From assembly GCA_019058015.1 (NCBI GenBank), contig JAHLWH010000107.1:1-36841 (forward strand): 36,841 nucleotides of DNA, in the 5' to 3' direction. Position 1 is the first letter of the stretch. Every line of letters begins with the position of its first letter. Below are positions 1 through 7,807 of the stretch, one piece after another. Under the pieces are notes generated by a model. That model was not told the DNA's origin and made no database searches. It worked only from the letters and a program-made list of their open reading frames with translations. A program made the position numbers and the translations under genes. This DNA is from Promethearchaeota archaeon (GTDB lineage: Archaea; Asgardarchaeota; Lokiarchaeia; Sigyniarchaeales; SOKP01).

Positions 1-1
1 G

Positions 2-382
2 GGAAGTACTTTATTAGCTTTAAACGAGTATGATAGATTTTACTCCATGATGACAACGTATCTACAGAAAATTGCTAGTAAACTAAATAAAAAGGTGTTC
101 TACTTTGATTTTGTATTCCTTGAAAAAACTGGAAAATTCCATAGATATAAGAGTCGAGTATACAAACTCCAATCAGGGTCTTACCTTAAATTAGATTTCA
201 CCAAAATAGGAAGTGATGAATATAGACAGAATCTTTCACGGATGTATGAGGCTTTAATGGACGTAGCACATATAAGATTGTTAGGTTCTGAAGAATTAAA
301 TGGGAATCCTTCACTAAAATTCCTTAGAATAGATACATACGCTCTAAATTTCTCTTTCATTTGTTTTAACAATTATTTTTAA
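2..382 (+). CDS. Hypothetical protein, 5'-truncated by the window edge
   Basis: The frame of the 47..382 ORF stays open back to position 2 (GSTLLALNEYDRFYSMM...). No motif recognised. Confidence 0.5.
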   Translation, partial: GSTLLALNEYDRFYSMMTTYLQKIASKLNKKVFYFDFVFLEKTGKFHRYKSRVYKLQSGSYLKLDFTKIGSDEYRQNLSRMYEALMDVAHIRLLGSEELNGNPSLKFLRIDTYALNFSFICFNNYF

Positions 383-538
383 GCAATAAATCTATTACTT
401 GTTAATATTATGATCATTTTCCTTTATAAATAAAATCCTTATTAACCTAGCCCCGATTTATTGTGGTTTTCTTAGAGATTTTTTATCTTTAGTTATATAG
501 AATGATGTCCATTAAGATTTGATCATTTTTTTTGGAAA

Positions 539-1180
539 TTATTTCAATCTTCTGAAATATATGTTATAATATGATTTTCTAATAAAATAGAGCGGATTTA
601 CGCCATTACTAATTTCTTCTAAATCTTTTTTCTCTAATGTTAAAATAACCTTACCCCCACTAATTGTATCTCTTATTTTTCTCCTTGCGGCCTCATCTTG
701 GTTTCTTCCAGTGATACCTTCCCTTGAAATAATAATACCTCCTCTCAAATTTTTGATTCTTAATTTCTCGATAAAAGTGCTAACTTGCGAGGAGCTAACT
801 TTCTCATATCGATTTTTACACTCAACAATAAAAATTGAGCCTAATATTTCTAAAATATTCATATAATTTGAGATTATTTCAACAATTAGATCTATTTCCT
901 CAGCTTCTGTCTCAACATCCATTCCCGCAACTCTAAAACATGGGATTAAATTAAATAGTTTTTCTGTTAAATTTTCTAATGCTCTCCCTTTTATTTGATT
1001 AGATATATTTCCTCCTTCGTAAGAGTGAACAAATTTCTTAAATGCTCGACGATAATTATTTAAAAGAATAGCATCCTCTATTTTCTCGCCAGAATTAAAA
1101 CAATAATAAAAAGGACTTAGTTGATCGAAATTCAATTTGGGATATTTAGTTAATTTATTTAATACTTTCTTTTTTACCAA
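539..1180 (-). CDS. Mrr-like PD-(D/E)xK restriction endonuclease family protein
   Basis: KGRALE...EIDL...IVECKN...V..F..K pattern and GIIIS.EG are typical of Mrr_cat nucleases. The frame stays open about 27 codons further upstream without ATG, so the start is uncertain. Confidence 0.8.
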   Translation of the reverse strand: MVKKKVLNKLTKYPKLNFDQLSPFYYCFNSGEKIEDAILLNNYRRAFKKFVHSYEGGNISNQIKGRALENLTEKLFNLIPCFRVAGMDVETEAEEIDLIVEIISNYMNILEILGSIFIVECKNRYEKVSSSQVSTFIEKLRIKNLRGGIIISREGITGRNQDEAARRKIRDTISGGKVILTLEKKDLEEISNGVNPLYFIRKSYYNIYFRRLK

Positions 1181-1351
1181 GTATGATTTAATCTCTAATC
1201 TTTTAATATTGTCTTGGCAAAATCTTTGTAATTTATAATAATTCTGTAAAATCTCTAAAAAAAATTACAGTTTTAAATATCAAAAATAACAAGAATCTAA
1301 TGGATAGAGAACTTGAGAATTATGATTTAAAAAATTAACATTACAATTCTT

Positions 1352-1582
1352 TTATAAAAAGAGATACTCTTTTAATTCAGGTTTTAACTCAGATATACTA
1401 AAAGCATCATTCCATACCGGAACATCTTTCATAACTTCTCCAAATTTATCTAAATATTGTTTAGAGAATTGTATGACAAAAAAGTGTTCCCAAACATAAG
1501 ATTGCTCGATAAAATCCGTGTTTCGTACCAAATCACGAACATTTTCTTTCTGTATTTCATTCCTATCATACCTTAATCTCAC
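1352..1582 (-). CDS. Small hypothetical protein (76 aa)
   Basis: GTG start with an AGGTGA SD-like motif upstream; co-oriented with its neighbours. Confidence 0.5.
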   Translation of the reverse strand: MRLRYDRNEIQKENVRDLVRNTDFIEQSYVWEHFFVIQFSKQYLDKFGEVMKDVPVWNDAFSISELKPELKEYLFL

Positions 1583-1625
1583 GACTTTAATTTTTCTTCA
1601 CCTTTTATATTTAATTCTTCTTTTT

Positions 1626-2051
1626 TTAATCCTTTTTAGGAGAAATATAATCCCCGTCAATCACAACATTTAACTTATCATTATTATTAATTATTAAACT
1701 CAACAGATTTGCTCGATTCACTTCTATAAGCTCCACAAGATCATCAATTTTAATTCTTGCTACCTCTTTAATAACATTTTTAATATCATTAAGCTTGGTT
1801 ATATCTTCTTTTGTTGATATGATTTCACGCCTTATTCCCGCCACATCTATCCCATATACATTTTTTATATCTTCTAAATTATCATTTATCCATGTTTTAA
1901 TGATGAAATTAATAACTCCAGACTGACTTTTTCCAAGAGTTCCAACTAAATTTTTTACAATTTTGCTATAGAATAAATCCAAATTTGCAGTAATTCTGTC
2001 GGATACTATAGTTTTTTCTATTGAATCATCAACAAATTCTTTTTCAGGCAT
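1626..2051 (-). CDS. Putative ribbon-helix-helix protein with a C-terminal winged-helix/PCI-like domain
   Basis: RITANLD...IVKNLVGTLGKSQSGVINFIIKTWI fits an RHH pattern. RIKIDDLVELIEVNRANLLSLI...VVIDGDYI fits a winged-helix/PCI pattern. Confidence 0.55.
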   Translation of the reverse strand: MPEKEFVDDSIEKTIVSDRITANLDLFYSKIVKNLVGTLGKSQSGVINFIIKTWINDNLEDIKNVYGIDVAGIRREIISTKEDITKLNDIKNVIKEVARIKIDDLVELIEVNRANLLSLIINNNDKLNVVIDGDYISPKKD

Positions 2052-2135
2052 TATTTTTCATTAATTTTTTTTTTCAATTTAATTGATTTTTTTTTACCGA
2101 CAATAATTGGAAACAAATTTTTATATATAAATCTT

Positions 2136-2153
2136 TGCATCATATATGATGCA
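2136..2153. promoter_or_regulatory. Perfect 18-bp palindrome TGCATCATATATGATGCA in a divergent intergenic region; putative operator
   Basis: Self-complementary sequence next to a TATA-like TTTATATATAAA (about 2120-2131), between divergent genes. Confidence 0.55.
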
Positions 2154-2235
2154 GATCCGATCCATTTATATATCATAAGTATAATATAAGGATCGTACAA
2201 AAATATTTATATTAGGATTAAATTTTTGTTAAAGG

Positions 2236-2862
2236 TTGTGTGGTTGGATGTTAGAATTAATTAATACAAAAGAGAGAGTAATTGTAGAGATAATTAATAA
2301 AGGGCAGTTGCATCTTGAAGATCTTGGGGTTCCGAAAAAGATTTCAGTTTATGCATCTTCAATTATGTTTCGATATTTGCAGGAGGGGAAAATTCCTCAG
2401 AATATTTTGAATTATTTCGTCGCTGCTTTATATATTGCTAAGCGTCATCCTTTATCTTTCCCAATGCACAAAAAGAAATCGAGGTTTTGCGGTTTATATA
2501 TGATTGAGGAGGGTTCTCTTGATTATTGTGTTAATGAAATAATCAGGACGTTGGGTTTCAGAAAGATTTTAGATGATAAGAATTACCCATATTTTTTGGA
2601 TCCGCTTGATTTGGGTTTGAAGATTATTAAAAATATGGTTGAGAAGGAATGTCAGGAGGAGTTAATGCAATTTTTTAGTAGTAGTATTCCCGTAGATGCA
2701 CAATTTTTGAGTGAGAAATTAACTACGATGGTAATTTTTGAGATGCGAGTTTTTCACGATGAGTTATTTCGGCAGATTTATGAGATTATTTATGAACTTG
2801 TATCAAGTGAGTTAAAGGAGTATAATAATTACGTAAAAATACAAAAGGAAGTTTTTATTTAG
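2236..2862 (+). CDS. Cyclin/TFIIB-fold-like helical protein
   Basis: LGVPKKISVYASSIMFRY...YFVAALYIAKR...FCGLYMIEEGSLDYCVNEIIRTLG resembles a TFIIB/cyclin box. No zinc ribbon. The start may be ATG 2248. Confidence 0.5.
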   Translation: MCGWMLELINTKERVIVEIINKGQLHLEDLGVPKKISVYASSIMFRYLQEGKIPQNILNYFVAALYIAKRHPLSFPMHKKKSRFCGLYMIEEGSLDYCVNEIIRTLGFRKILDDKNYPYFLDPLDLGLKIIKNMVEKECQEELMQFFSSSIPVDAQFLSEKLTTMVIFEMRVFHDELFRQIYEIIYELVSSELKEYNNYVKIQKEVFI

Positions 2863-2897
2863 CCCTTCTTTTTTTTAAGAATGAAAAAAATCCTAAG

Positions 2898-3209
2898 TTA
2901 AAAAAGATAAGAAAGTGAGATTAAAATACCTAGAAAAGCATAGGATAAAATTATTTCAACAATCAAAAGCCAAATCGTAAATGAAAGAGATTCTATAAAT
3001 TCCAGTTTATAGAGTTTTGAAACAATAAAACCACCTAGAATACAATCGATAATAAAACCGATCCAACTCCCTATTAAAAAACTTGCAAACAAAAACGATA
3101 TGATTAATATTATAATAAACAACAGAAAGTTAACAGCTAATGCGATGAAAAATGAGTCATTCCAATTCTTCCTACCTGCCCACCATTTTGTAATTAAAGT
3201 TCCAATCAC
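2898..3209 (-). CDS. Small multi-pass membrane protein
   Basis: Three to four hydrophobic segments. The frame stays open upstream (…LLALIIGFV), so the true start may be earlier. Confidence 0.7.
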   Translation of the reverse strand: MIGTLITKWWAGRKNWNDSFFIALAVNFLLFIIILIISFLFASFLIGSWIGFIIDCILGGFIVSKLYKLEFIESLSFTIWLLIVEIILSYAFLGILISLSYLF

Positions 3210-3506
3210 AAACCCTATTATTAAGGCTAATAATATACGTGTCGTATCATCAAGAGTTAATTGTAATAAGATTTTATTCCCCTTGAATTTTTAATTATTT
3301 TTTATGTCTTATCTGAAATATCAATATTTTTGAATGCTCTTATAAATAAAAAGATTTTTTTTGTAGTTAAGCAAATACAAATTGATGATATATCTATTGA
3401 TATGTATCGTAAGGATTTCTTTTTTTAGGATAGGTTGTTTAATCTTTTATCATAAAAACATTTATATATCTTAGTTTAAGTATGTTTTACAACCAATAAT
3501 AATGAA

Positions 3507-4532
3507 TTGGTGTATTTTATGAGCAAATCTAAAAAAGAATATTATGTTCGGGATTTAATTATCGATGATGAATATGGTATAATTGATTCTAATGTTTCAA
3601 TTCAAGATGCTGCGAAAAAAATGAAGGAGCTAGGAGTGCCGGATTTAGTGGTAGTTGAAAAGGAGTCAAACAAGGTCCTTGGGGTTGTAGCTGATTTTGA
3701 TATTGTTCAGAATGTAGTTGCAGAAGGTATTGATCCAAAATCTGCAAAGGTTATTTCAGCAATGTATACAATTACTTCTGTATCTTTAGGCACTCCGGTT
3801 TCCGAAGCATTTACAAGGATGCGTGATTTACAAGTTAATGTGGTTCCCGTGGTTGAAAAAGAAAAACTTATTGGAGTATGTACAATTCAAGACTGTTGGG
3901 ATTACCTTCCAGATGTAAGTGAAGATGAAATAGGTCTTATTCCAGTTGCCGATCCAAAAAACGCAGAATTCTGGTTTACAAGTGTATGTTCAATTTTAGC
4001 GTTTGTTTTGGGTATACTTTTACCTCTTGTTGGAGTTTTTGGATACTTTTCTGCAAATCAAACAGATCTCATGAATTTTTTTGGTATGGCTGAAATTAGA
4101 GGAGGAGAAATTACTTTTTATTTATTTGAAGCGCGTGGTACGGATTTCTTTGTTCCTTTAAGTAATTTAATAGCTAGAAATGGTGCTTTATGGGCAATAT
4201 TAATAATTTGTAGTTTCTCAATACTAATTATTGGTATTATCGGCTTATTCTCTTTAATTTATACAAGTTTTTCTGATGCTAGGAATATTAAAACGGGGCG
4301 AATTGTGCGAACAGTGATTCCATGGTTAATTATTGTTATTATGATTCTTGAATGGGTATTTTTCATTGTTGGATTTATGACTGCAGCACCTCCTGTTAAT
4401 GTATTGGTTGATGGTATAGGATTATTTATGTCAATTATTTCTATGATACTATTTCTTCTGGCTATCAATCGTGACTATTTGTTCCGTCAAAAAGGAACAT
4501 CGAAGTCCATTACAGATGAGGTGTCGGTGTAA
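3507..4532 (+). CDS. CBS-pair (Bateman) domain protein fused to a 4-TM membrane domain
   Basis: SIQDAAKKMKELGVPDLVVVE...LGVVADFDI and VSEAFTRMRDLQVNVVPVVEKEKLIGVCTIQD are two CBS repeats, followed by four hydrophobic helices. Likely start is ATG 3519. Confidence 0.85.
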   Translation: MVYFMSKSKKEYYVRDLIIDDEYGIIDSNVSIQDAAKKMKELGVPDLVVVEKESNKVLGVVADFDIVQNVVAEGIDPKSAKVISAMYTITSVSLGTPVSEAFTRMRDLQVNVVPVVEKEKLIGVCTIQDCWDYLPDVSEDEIGLIPVADPKNAEFWFTSVCSILAFVLGILLPLVGVFGYFSANQTDLMNFFGMAEIRGGEITFYLFEARGTDFFVPLSNLIARNGALWAILIICSFSILIIGIIGLFSLIYTSFSDARNIKTGRIVRTVIPWLIIVIMILEWVFFIVGFMTAAPPVNVLVDGIGLFMSIISMILFLLAINRDYLFRQKGTSKSITDEVSV

Positions 4533-4533
4533 A

Positions 4534-6000
4534 ATGCCTCGTGGTGGCGGTGGTCGAGGTGGTGGTGGCAGCCGAGGCGGAGGTGGTTTTAGAGGTGGCG
4601 GATTTCGTGGAGGTGGTGCCAGTTTTCGAAGTAGTCGTGGACGTACGAGTGGAAGACCTTTTGGTCGAACCGGTGCTAGACGAACAGTAACTAGAAGCAC
4701 ACGAGGACCTTATAGACATAGACCTTATAGACGTTATGGTAGATATTACAGACGTTGGTATTACCCTTATTATCGACCTTGGTACCGAAGATGGTGGTAT
4801 CATCCCTGGTGGTCAGGGTATTATTATCGCCCTTGGTATTATTCTCCTGTATATGTTGGTGGAGGTATAATTTTTATTATTATATTTGCATTAATGGCAC
4901 TTCCATTACTCGGTATCGCGATAGCATTTCCTTTTGGTAATGCAGATACATCTGGTGTTGTAAATTATAGCTCAACGGAGACATTATATTATAATGAATA
5001 TTGGTATGAATATGAAAATATTAATCAAGGAAATGAAATCACTTTTTCCGTCCAATCATCGCCTAGTTTAATCAGTTTTGCCATTTGGGATCAGCCATTT
5101 GAATCATTCCCTTTAACAACTAAGTATGGATTTTTTAGTGATCAATTCACTGTTCAATCTGATAACTATGAGTACTATTCACTATATTTAAAACCTGGAT
5201 CGACAATTGATTATGATTTTAATGCGAGTAATCCTATAGATTTCTTCATTGCTGATGGATATAATTTAAATGAATGGAACTCGTATAAGAGTTATTCATT
5301 CGAATTAGAAATAAATAGTACAATGGCAGATAGTGGATCGTTACCAATTACTGCATCTATGGGATCTAAGGATTATTATCTCGTGTGGTATAATGAAGAA
5401 ATTACTGCTGTTAATGTTGAATTTATTGTTAATTATACTGCTACTGACGTGATAGACCTAACAGAGGCTGAATATTATGTGGAAGCAGTCGATATGATTT
5501 CTGAAACCTCAATTACTGCTCCTAATGATGGTAATTGGTACTTTTTCGTTTATTTCGACCCAATGAATTCACCAGAAGAATCTACATCAGTTACTTTTGA
5601 TGTGAGTTACGATACAGGGGTTAATTCTATTGATAGATGGATTGACTTTCGACCAATATTGATAATAATCGGAATAATCGTCTGTATAGTCATTATTGCA
5701 GCAGTATTAGCTAGAAGAAGCCAAAAGAAATTGAAAGCTAAAGCACCTTCTAAACCATCAGCTAAATCACCATATGTAAAGGGAAAACCTACAGCATCAG
5801 TTACTTGTGTTCGTTGTGGTTCAGAACTTCAACCGAATGACCAATTTTGTCGGAATTGTGGAGGTAAAAGAGAAGGAAGAGCAATCGGTGGTACTTCAAA
5901 AACTACACCAGCAAAATCCAAGATTTGTGCTTATTGTGGTAGTAAAATTCCAACAAAAGCCAAATTTTGTGGAGTTTGTGGCACTAAAATAGGAGAATAA
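4534..6000 (+). CDS. Two-pass membrane protein: RGG/Tyr-Arg-Trp-rich N-terminus, extracellular beta-rich domains, C-terminal double zinc ribbon
   Basis: ATG 4534 follows a GAGGTG SD motif, 1 nt after the CBS gene stop. Starts MPRGGGGRGGGGSRGG, has two TM segments and CxxC...CxxC pairs (CVRC/CRNC, CAYC/CGVC). Confidence 0.85.
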   Translation: MPRGGGGRGGGGSRGGGGFRGGGFRGGGASFRSSRGRTSGRPFGRTGARRTVTRSTRGPYRHRPYRRYGRYYRRWYYPYYRPWYRRWWYHPWWSGYYYRPWYYSPVYVGGGIIFIIIFALMALPLLGIAIAFPFGNADTSGVVNYSSTETLYYNEYWYEYENINQGNEITFSVQSSPSLISFAIWDQPFESFPLTTKYGFFSDQFTVQSDNYEYYSLYLKPGSTIDYDFNASNPIDFFIADGYNLNEWNSYKSYSFELEINSTMADSGSLPITASMGSKDYYLVWYNEEITAVNVEFIVNYTATDVIDLTEAEYYVEAVDMISETSITAPNDGNWYFFVYFDPMNSPEESTSVTFDVSYDTGVNSIDRWIDFRPILIIIGIIVCIVIIAAVLARRSQKKLKAKAPSKPSAKSPYVKGKPTASVTCVRCGSELQPNDQFCRNCGGKREGRAIGGTSKTTPAKSKICAYCGSKIPTKAKFCGVCGTKIGE

Positions 6001-6035
6001 CTAGTTAAATAATATTTAAACGTTAATTTATAAAA

Positions 6036-6052
6036 TTTTTTTTCTTTTTTTG
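6036..6052 (+). terminator. Oligo-T archaeal-type terminator candidate
   Basis: TTTTTTTTCTTTTTTG tract about 35 nt after the stop at 6000. Confidence 0.35.
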
Positions 6053-6173
6053 CTTATTAAATTTCATTTAAAGCATATATGTAATATTGTATATGTCTAA
6101 AAAGAAATAAAAATAGAAAAAATAAAAATCATTAGAACTATAGAAATTAATCGATTATTGAGATGCAAGTAAT

Positions 6174-7097
6174 TTGATTAGGTCTGAAATTAAAGAAATG
6201 ATACAAGATTTAAAAAAAAATAATACTTCTGGTGCAAATGAACTAATAGATGATGCTTATGAAATAATAAAAAGACAATTGGAACTGATATCGGATCCAA
6301 ATAAAGATATTAAAGAACTTATAATTGAGCTTTCAAAAAAGATTATTGAATCTCGCCCTAGTATGGCGACACTTATCAATTTTATCGGGTACTTTATTCA
6401 CGATTTAGAAACCTTTACTAAAAAAGCTCTGTTCCAAAAACTAAATAATTATTTAAAAGAAAAAAATAAGAGAAAAAAAGCCCTTGAACAAGAATTCCTT
6501 ATTTTTCTAAAAAACTTTAATAAAAAAGATATGAAAATTATGTTGATTTCTTATAGTTCAACTATCACTAATCTTCTAATCAAACTAAAGGAGTATAATT
6601 TTGAACTTTTTATCTTAGAATCAAGACCACTTCTTGAGGGACATACCGTTGCTGAAGTTTTATCATCTCATTTCAAAACAAATCTCATAATCGACGCTGC
6701 CATGGGAAAATTCATTAATCAAATTAATTTAGTCTTAGTTGGTATTGATAGTATCTTAAAAAATGGGGCAATAATAAACAAGATAGGAACGTATCCTTTA
6801 GCAAATTTAGCTAAGGGAAAAGGTATTGATGTATATGCTGTTGGTGACTCGTTTAAATATAATCTTAGAAGTCATTATGGTGAAGAGATTCTCATAGAAA
6901 GAAAACCAACACAAGAGATTTATAATAAAACGATACAAAATAAATTGTTAGAAATTCAAAATTATTATTTTGATATTACTCCTTCAAAATACATTACAGG
7001 GATAATTTCCGATTTAGGAGTATTAGAAATTCAAGAATTTTTAAATATTATAAAAGTTAATCTACCAATTGATTGGTTTAAATCTTTTTATGAATGA
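6174..7097 (+). CDS. eIF-2B alpha/beta/delta family (IF-2B) protein
   Basis: SGANEL, RPSMA, SYSST, ESRPLLEG, VLVGIDSI..NG.IINKIGT, FDITP..YITGIISDLG. Confidence 0.92.
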   Translation: MIRSEIKEMIQDLKKNNTSGANELIDDAYEIIKRQLELISDPNKDIKELIIELSKKIIESRPSMATLINFIGYFIHDLETFTKKALFQKLNNYLKEKNKRKKALEQEFLIFLKNFNKKDMKIMLISYSSTITNLLIKLKEYNFELFILESRPLLEGHTVAEVLSSHFKTNLIIDAAMGKFINQINLVLVGIDSILKNGAIINKIGTYPLANLAKGKGIDVYAVGDSFKYNLRSHYGEEILIERKPTQEIYNKTIQNKLLEIQNYYFDITPSKYITGIISDLGVLEIQEFLNIIKVNLPIDWFKSFYE

Positions 7098-7155
7098 TAT
7101 TTTTTTAATATTCCTTTAAATAAATCGTAATTAATATTTATTAATTCTTAGAATT

Positions 7156-7167
7156 AAGCTTAAATAA
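7156..7167 (+). promoter_or_regulatory. Putative TATA-box region (AAGCTTAAATAA) for the UGA-containing operon
   Basis: The same 12-mer recurs at 8049-8060 upstream of the 8109 gene. Matches the archaeal TTAAATA-type box. Confidence 0.4.
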
Positions 7168-7234
7168 TAACCATAATACTTTTTTAGGTGTAATAAAAAA
7201 TGAAATCAATAGAAATTTAAATTTTATAAAACAA

Positions 7235-7242
7235 AGGAGGTG
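7235..7242 (+). promoter_or_regulatory. Strong Shine-Dalgarno AGGAGGTG
   Basis: 4 nt upstream of ATG 7247. Confidence 0.75.
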
Positions 7243-7246
7243 TAAT

Positions 7247-7669
7247 ATGAGGCAAAGGGGTATTGTTGGTATTTTAGGTTCAGTTGTCGCAATAGTTATT
7301 ATTTTATCAGTTGTTGCTTTTATAATGTTTACTCCTTGAAACTGTGAAATTAATATAATAAGTCCTAGATATTCAGAAGTTTGGGATGAGTTAGGAGATT
7401 ATACAATAATATGGGAAGCATCTGATTCAATTGAAAATGTTAAGATCGAACTCTATAGAGGAAACGATTTTATATTAATAATTTCAAGTAAAACCATTAA
7501 TAATGGTCAATTAAATTTTACGATTAACGAAAGTAATGCGGAATTTCTTAGTGGTCTTAATTTTAGGGTAAAAATAGCCGATTTTAATAATGAAAATAAT
7601 TATGCATTTAGCGATTATTTTACGATTAACATCAAATCTGATAATGGCAATGGTGGTGGATGAGGTTAA
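7247..7669 (+). CDS. Candidate selenoprotein (140 aa, Sec31 and Sec139): N-terminal TM anchor, U-x-C, Kre9/KNH-like Ig-fold domain, C-terminal GGGUG
   Basis: Manual translation: MRQRGIVGILGSVVAIVIILSVVAFIMFTP-U-NCEINIISPRYSEVWDELGDYTIIWEASDSIENVKIELYRGNDFILIISSKTINNGQLNFTINESNAEFLSGLNFRVKIADFNNENNYAFSDYFTINIKSDNGNGGG-U-G*. TGA at 7337-7339 and 7661-7663, TAA at 7667-7669. Strong SD upstream, SECIS-like hairpin downstream. Absent from the ORF track. Confidence 0.8.
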
Positions 7670-7671
7670 AC

Positions 7672-7803
7672 ATGACAAGAAAAAAAATAATTATTATAAG
7701 TTCTGTTATTACCGTCATAGTTTTAATCTATTTAATTCTTAGATTTACAATTTTTACTGAAGGCGGTTTAATTTGATGGTTTAGAGAAATATTCAATTTG
7801 TAA
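7672..7803 (+). CDS. Candidate 43-aa single-pass membrane selenopeptide (Sec35)
   Basis: MTRKKIIIISSVITVIVLIYLILRFTIFTEGGLI-U-WFREIFNL*. GAGGT SD at 7662-7666, ATG 2 nt after the previous stop, TGA at 7774-7776, TAA at 7801-7803. Confidence 0.6.
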
Positions 7804-7807
7804 AAAA

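Noticed and set aside
4471-4533. Track start (GTG 4471) of the RGG protein
   Set aside because: Overlaps the CBS gene. ATG 4534 with a GAGGTG SD is more plausible.
4259-4940. Overlapping short ORFs (Pro-rich 83 aa, Thr/Ser-rich 97 aa, 69 aa, 61 aa)
   Set aside because: Alternative-frame or antisense artefacts of the GC-rich RGG region and TM-coding sequence.
7095-7130. Sec read-through of the eIF2B-like gene's TGA stop
   Set aside because: The protein is already full length, the extension (YFFNIPLNKS) is T-rich and terminator-like, and a separate promoter-like motif follows.
7247-7669. Pseudogene interpretation
   Set aside because: No frameshifts, all interruptions are TGA, and SD, TM anchor and domain are intact. 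Not formally excluded without homologues.
7247-7803. Genome-wide UGA=Trp/Gly reassignment as the explanation for the in-frame TGAs
   Set aside because: Conserved genes in the window have no internal TGA and use TGG for Trp. TGA terminates metG, the eIF2B-like gene and the 1340-aa gene. The in-frame TGAs cluster only upstream of the SECIS-like hairpin.
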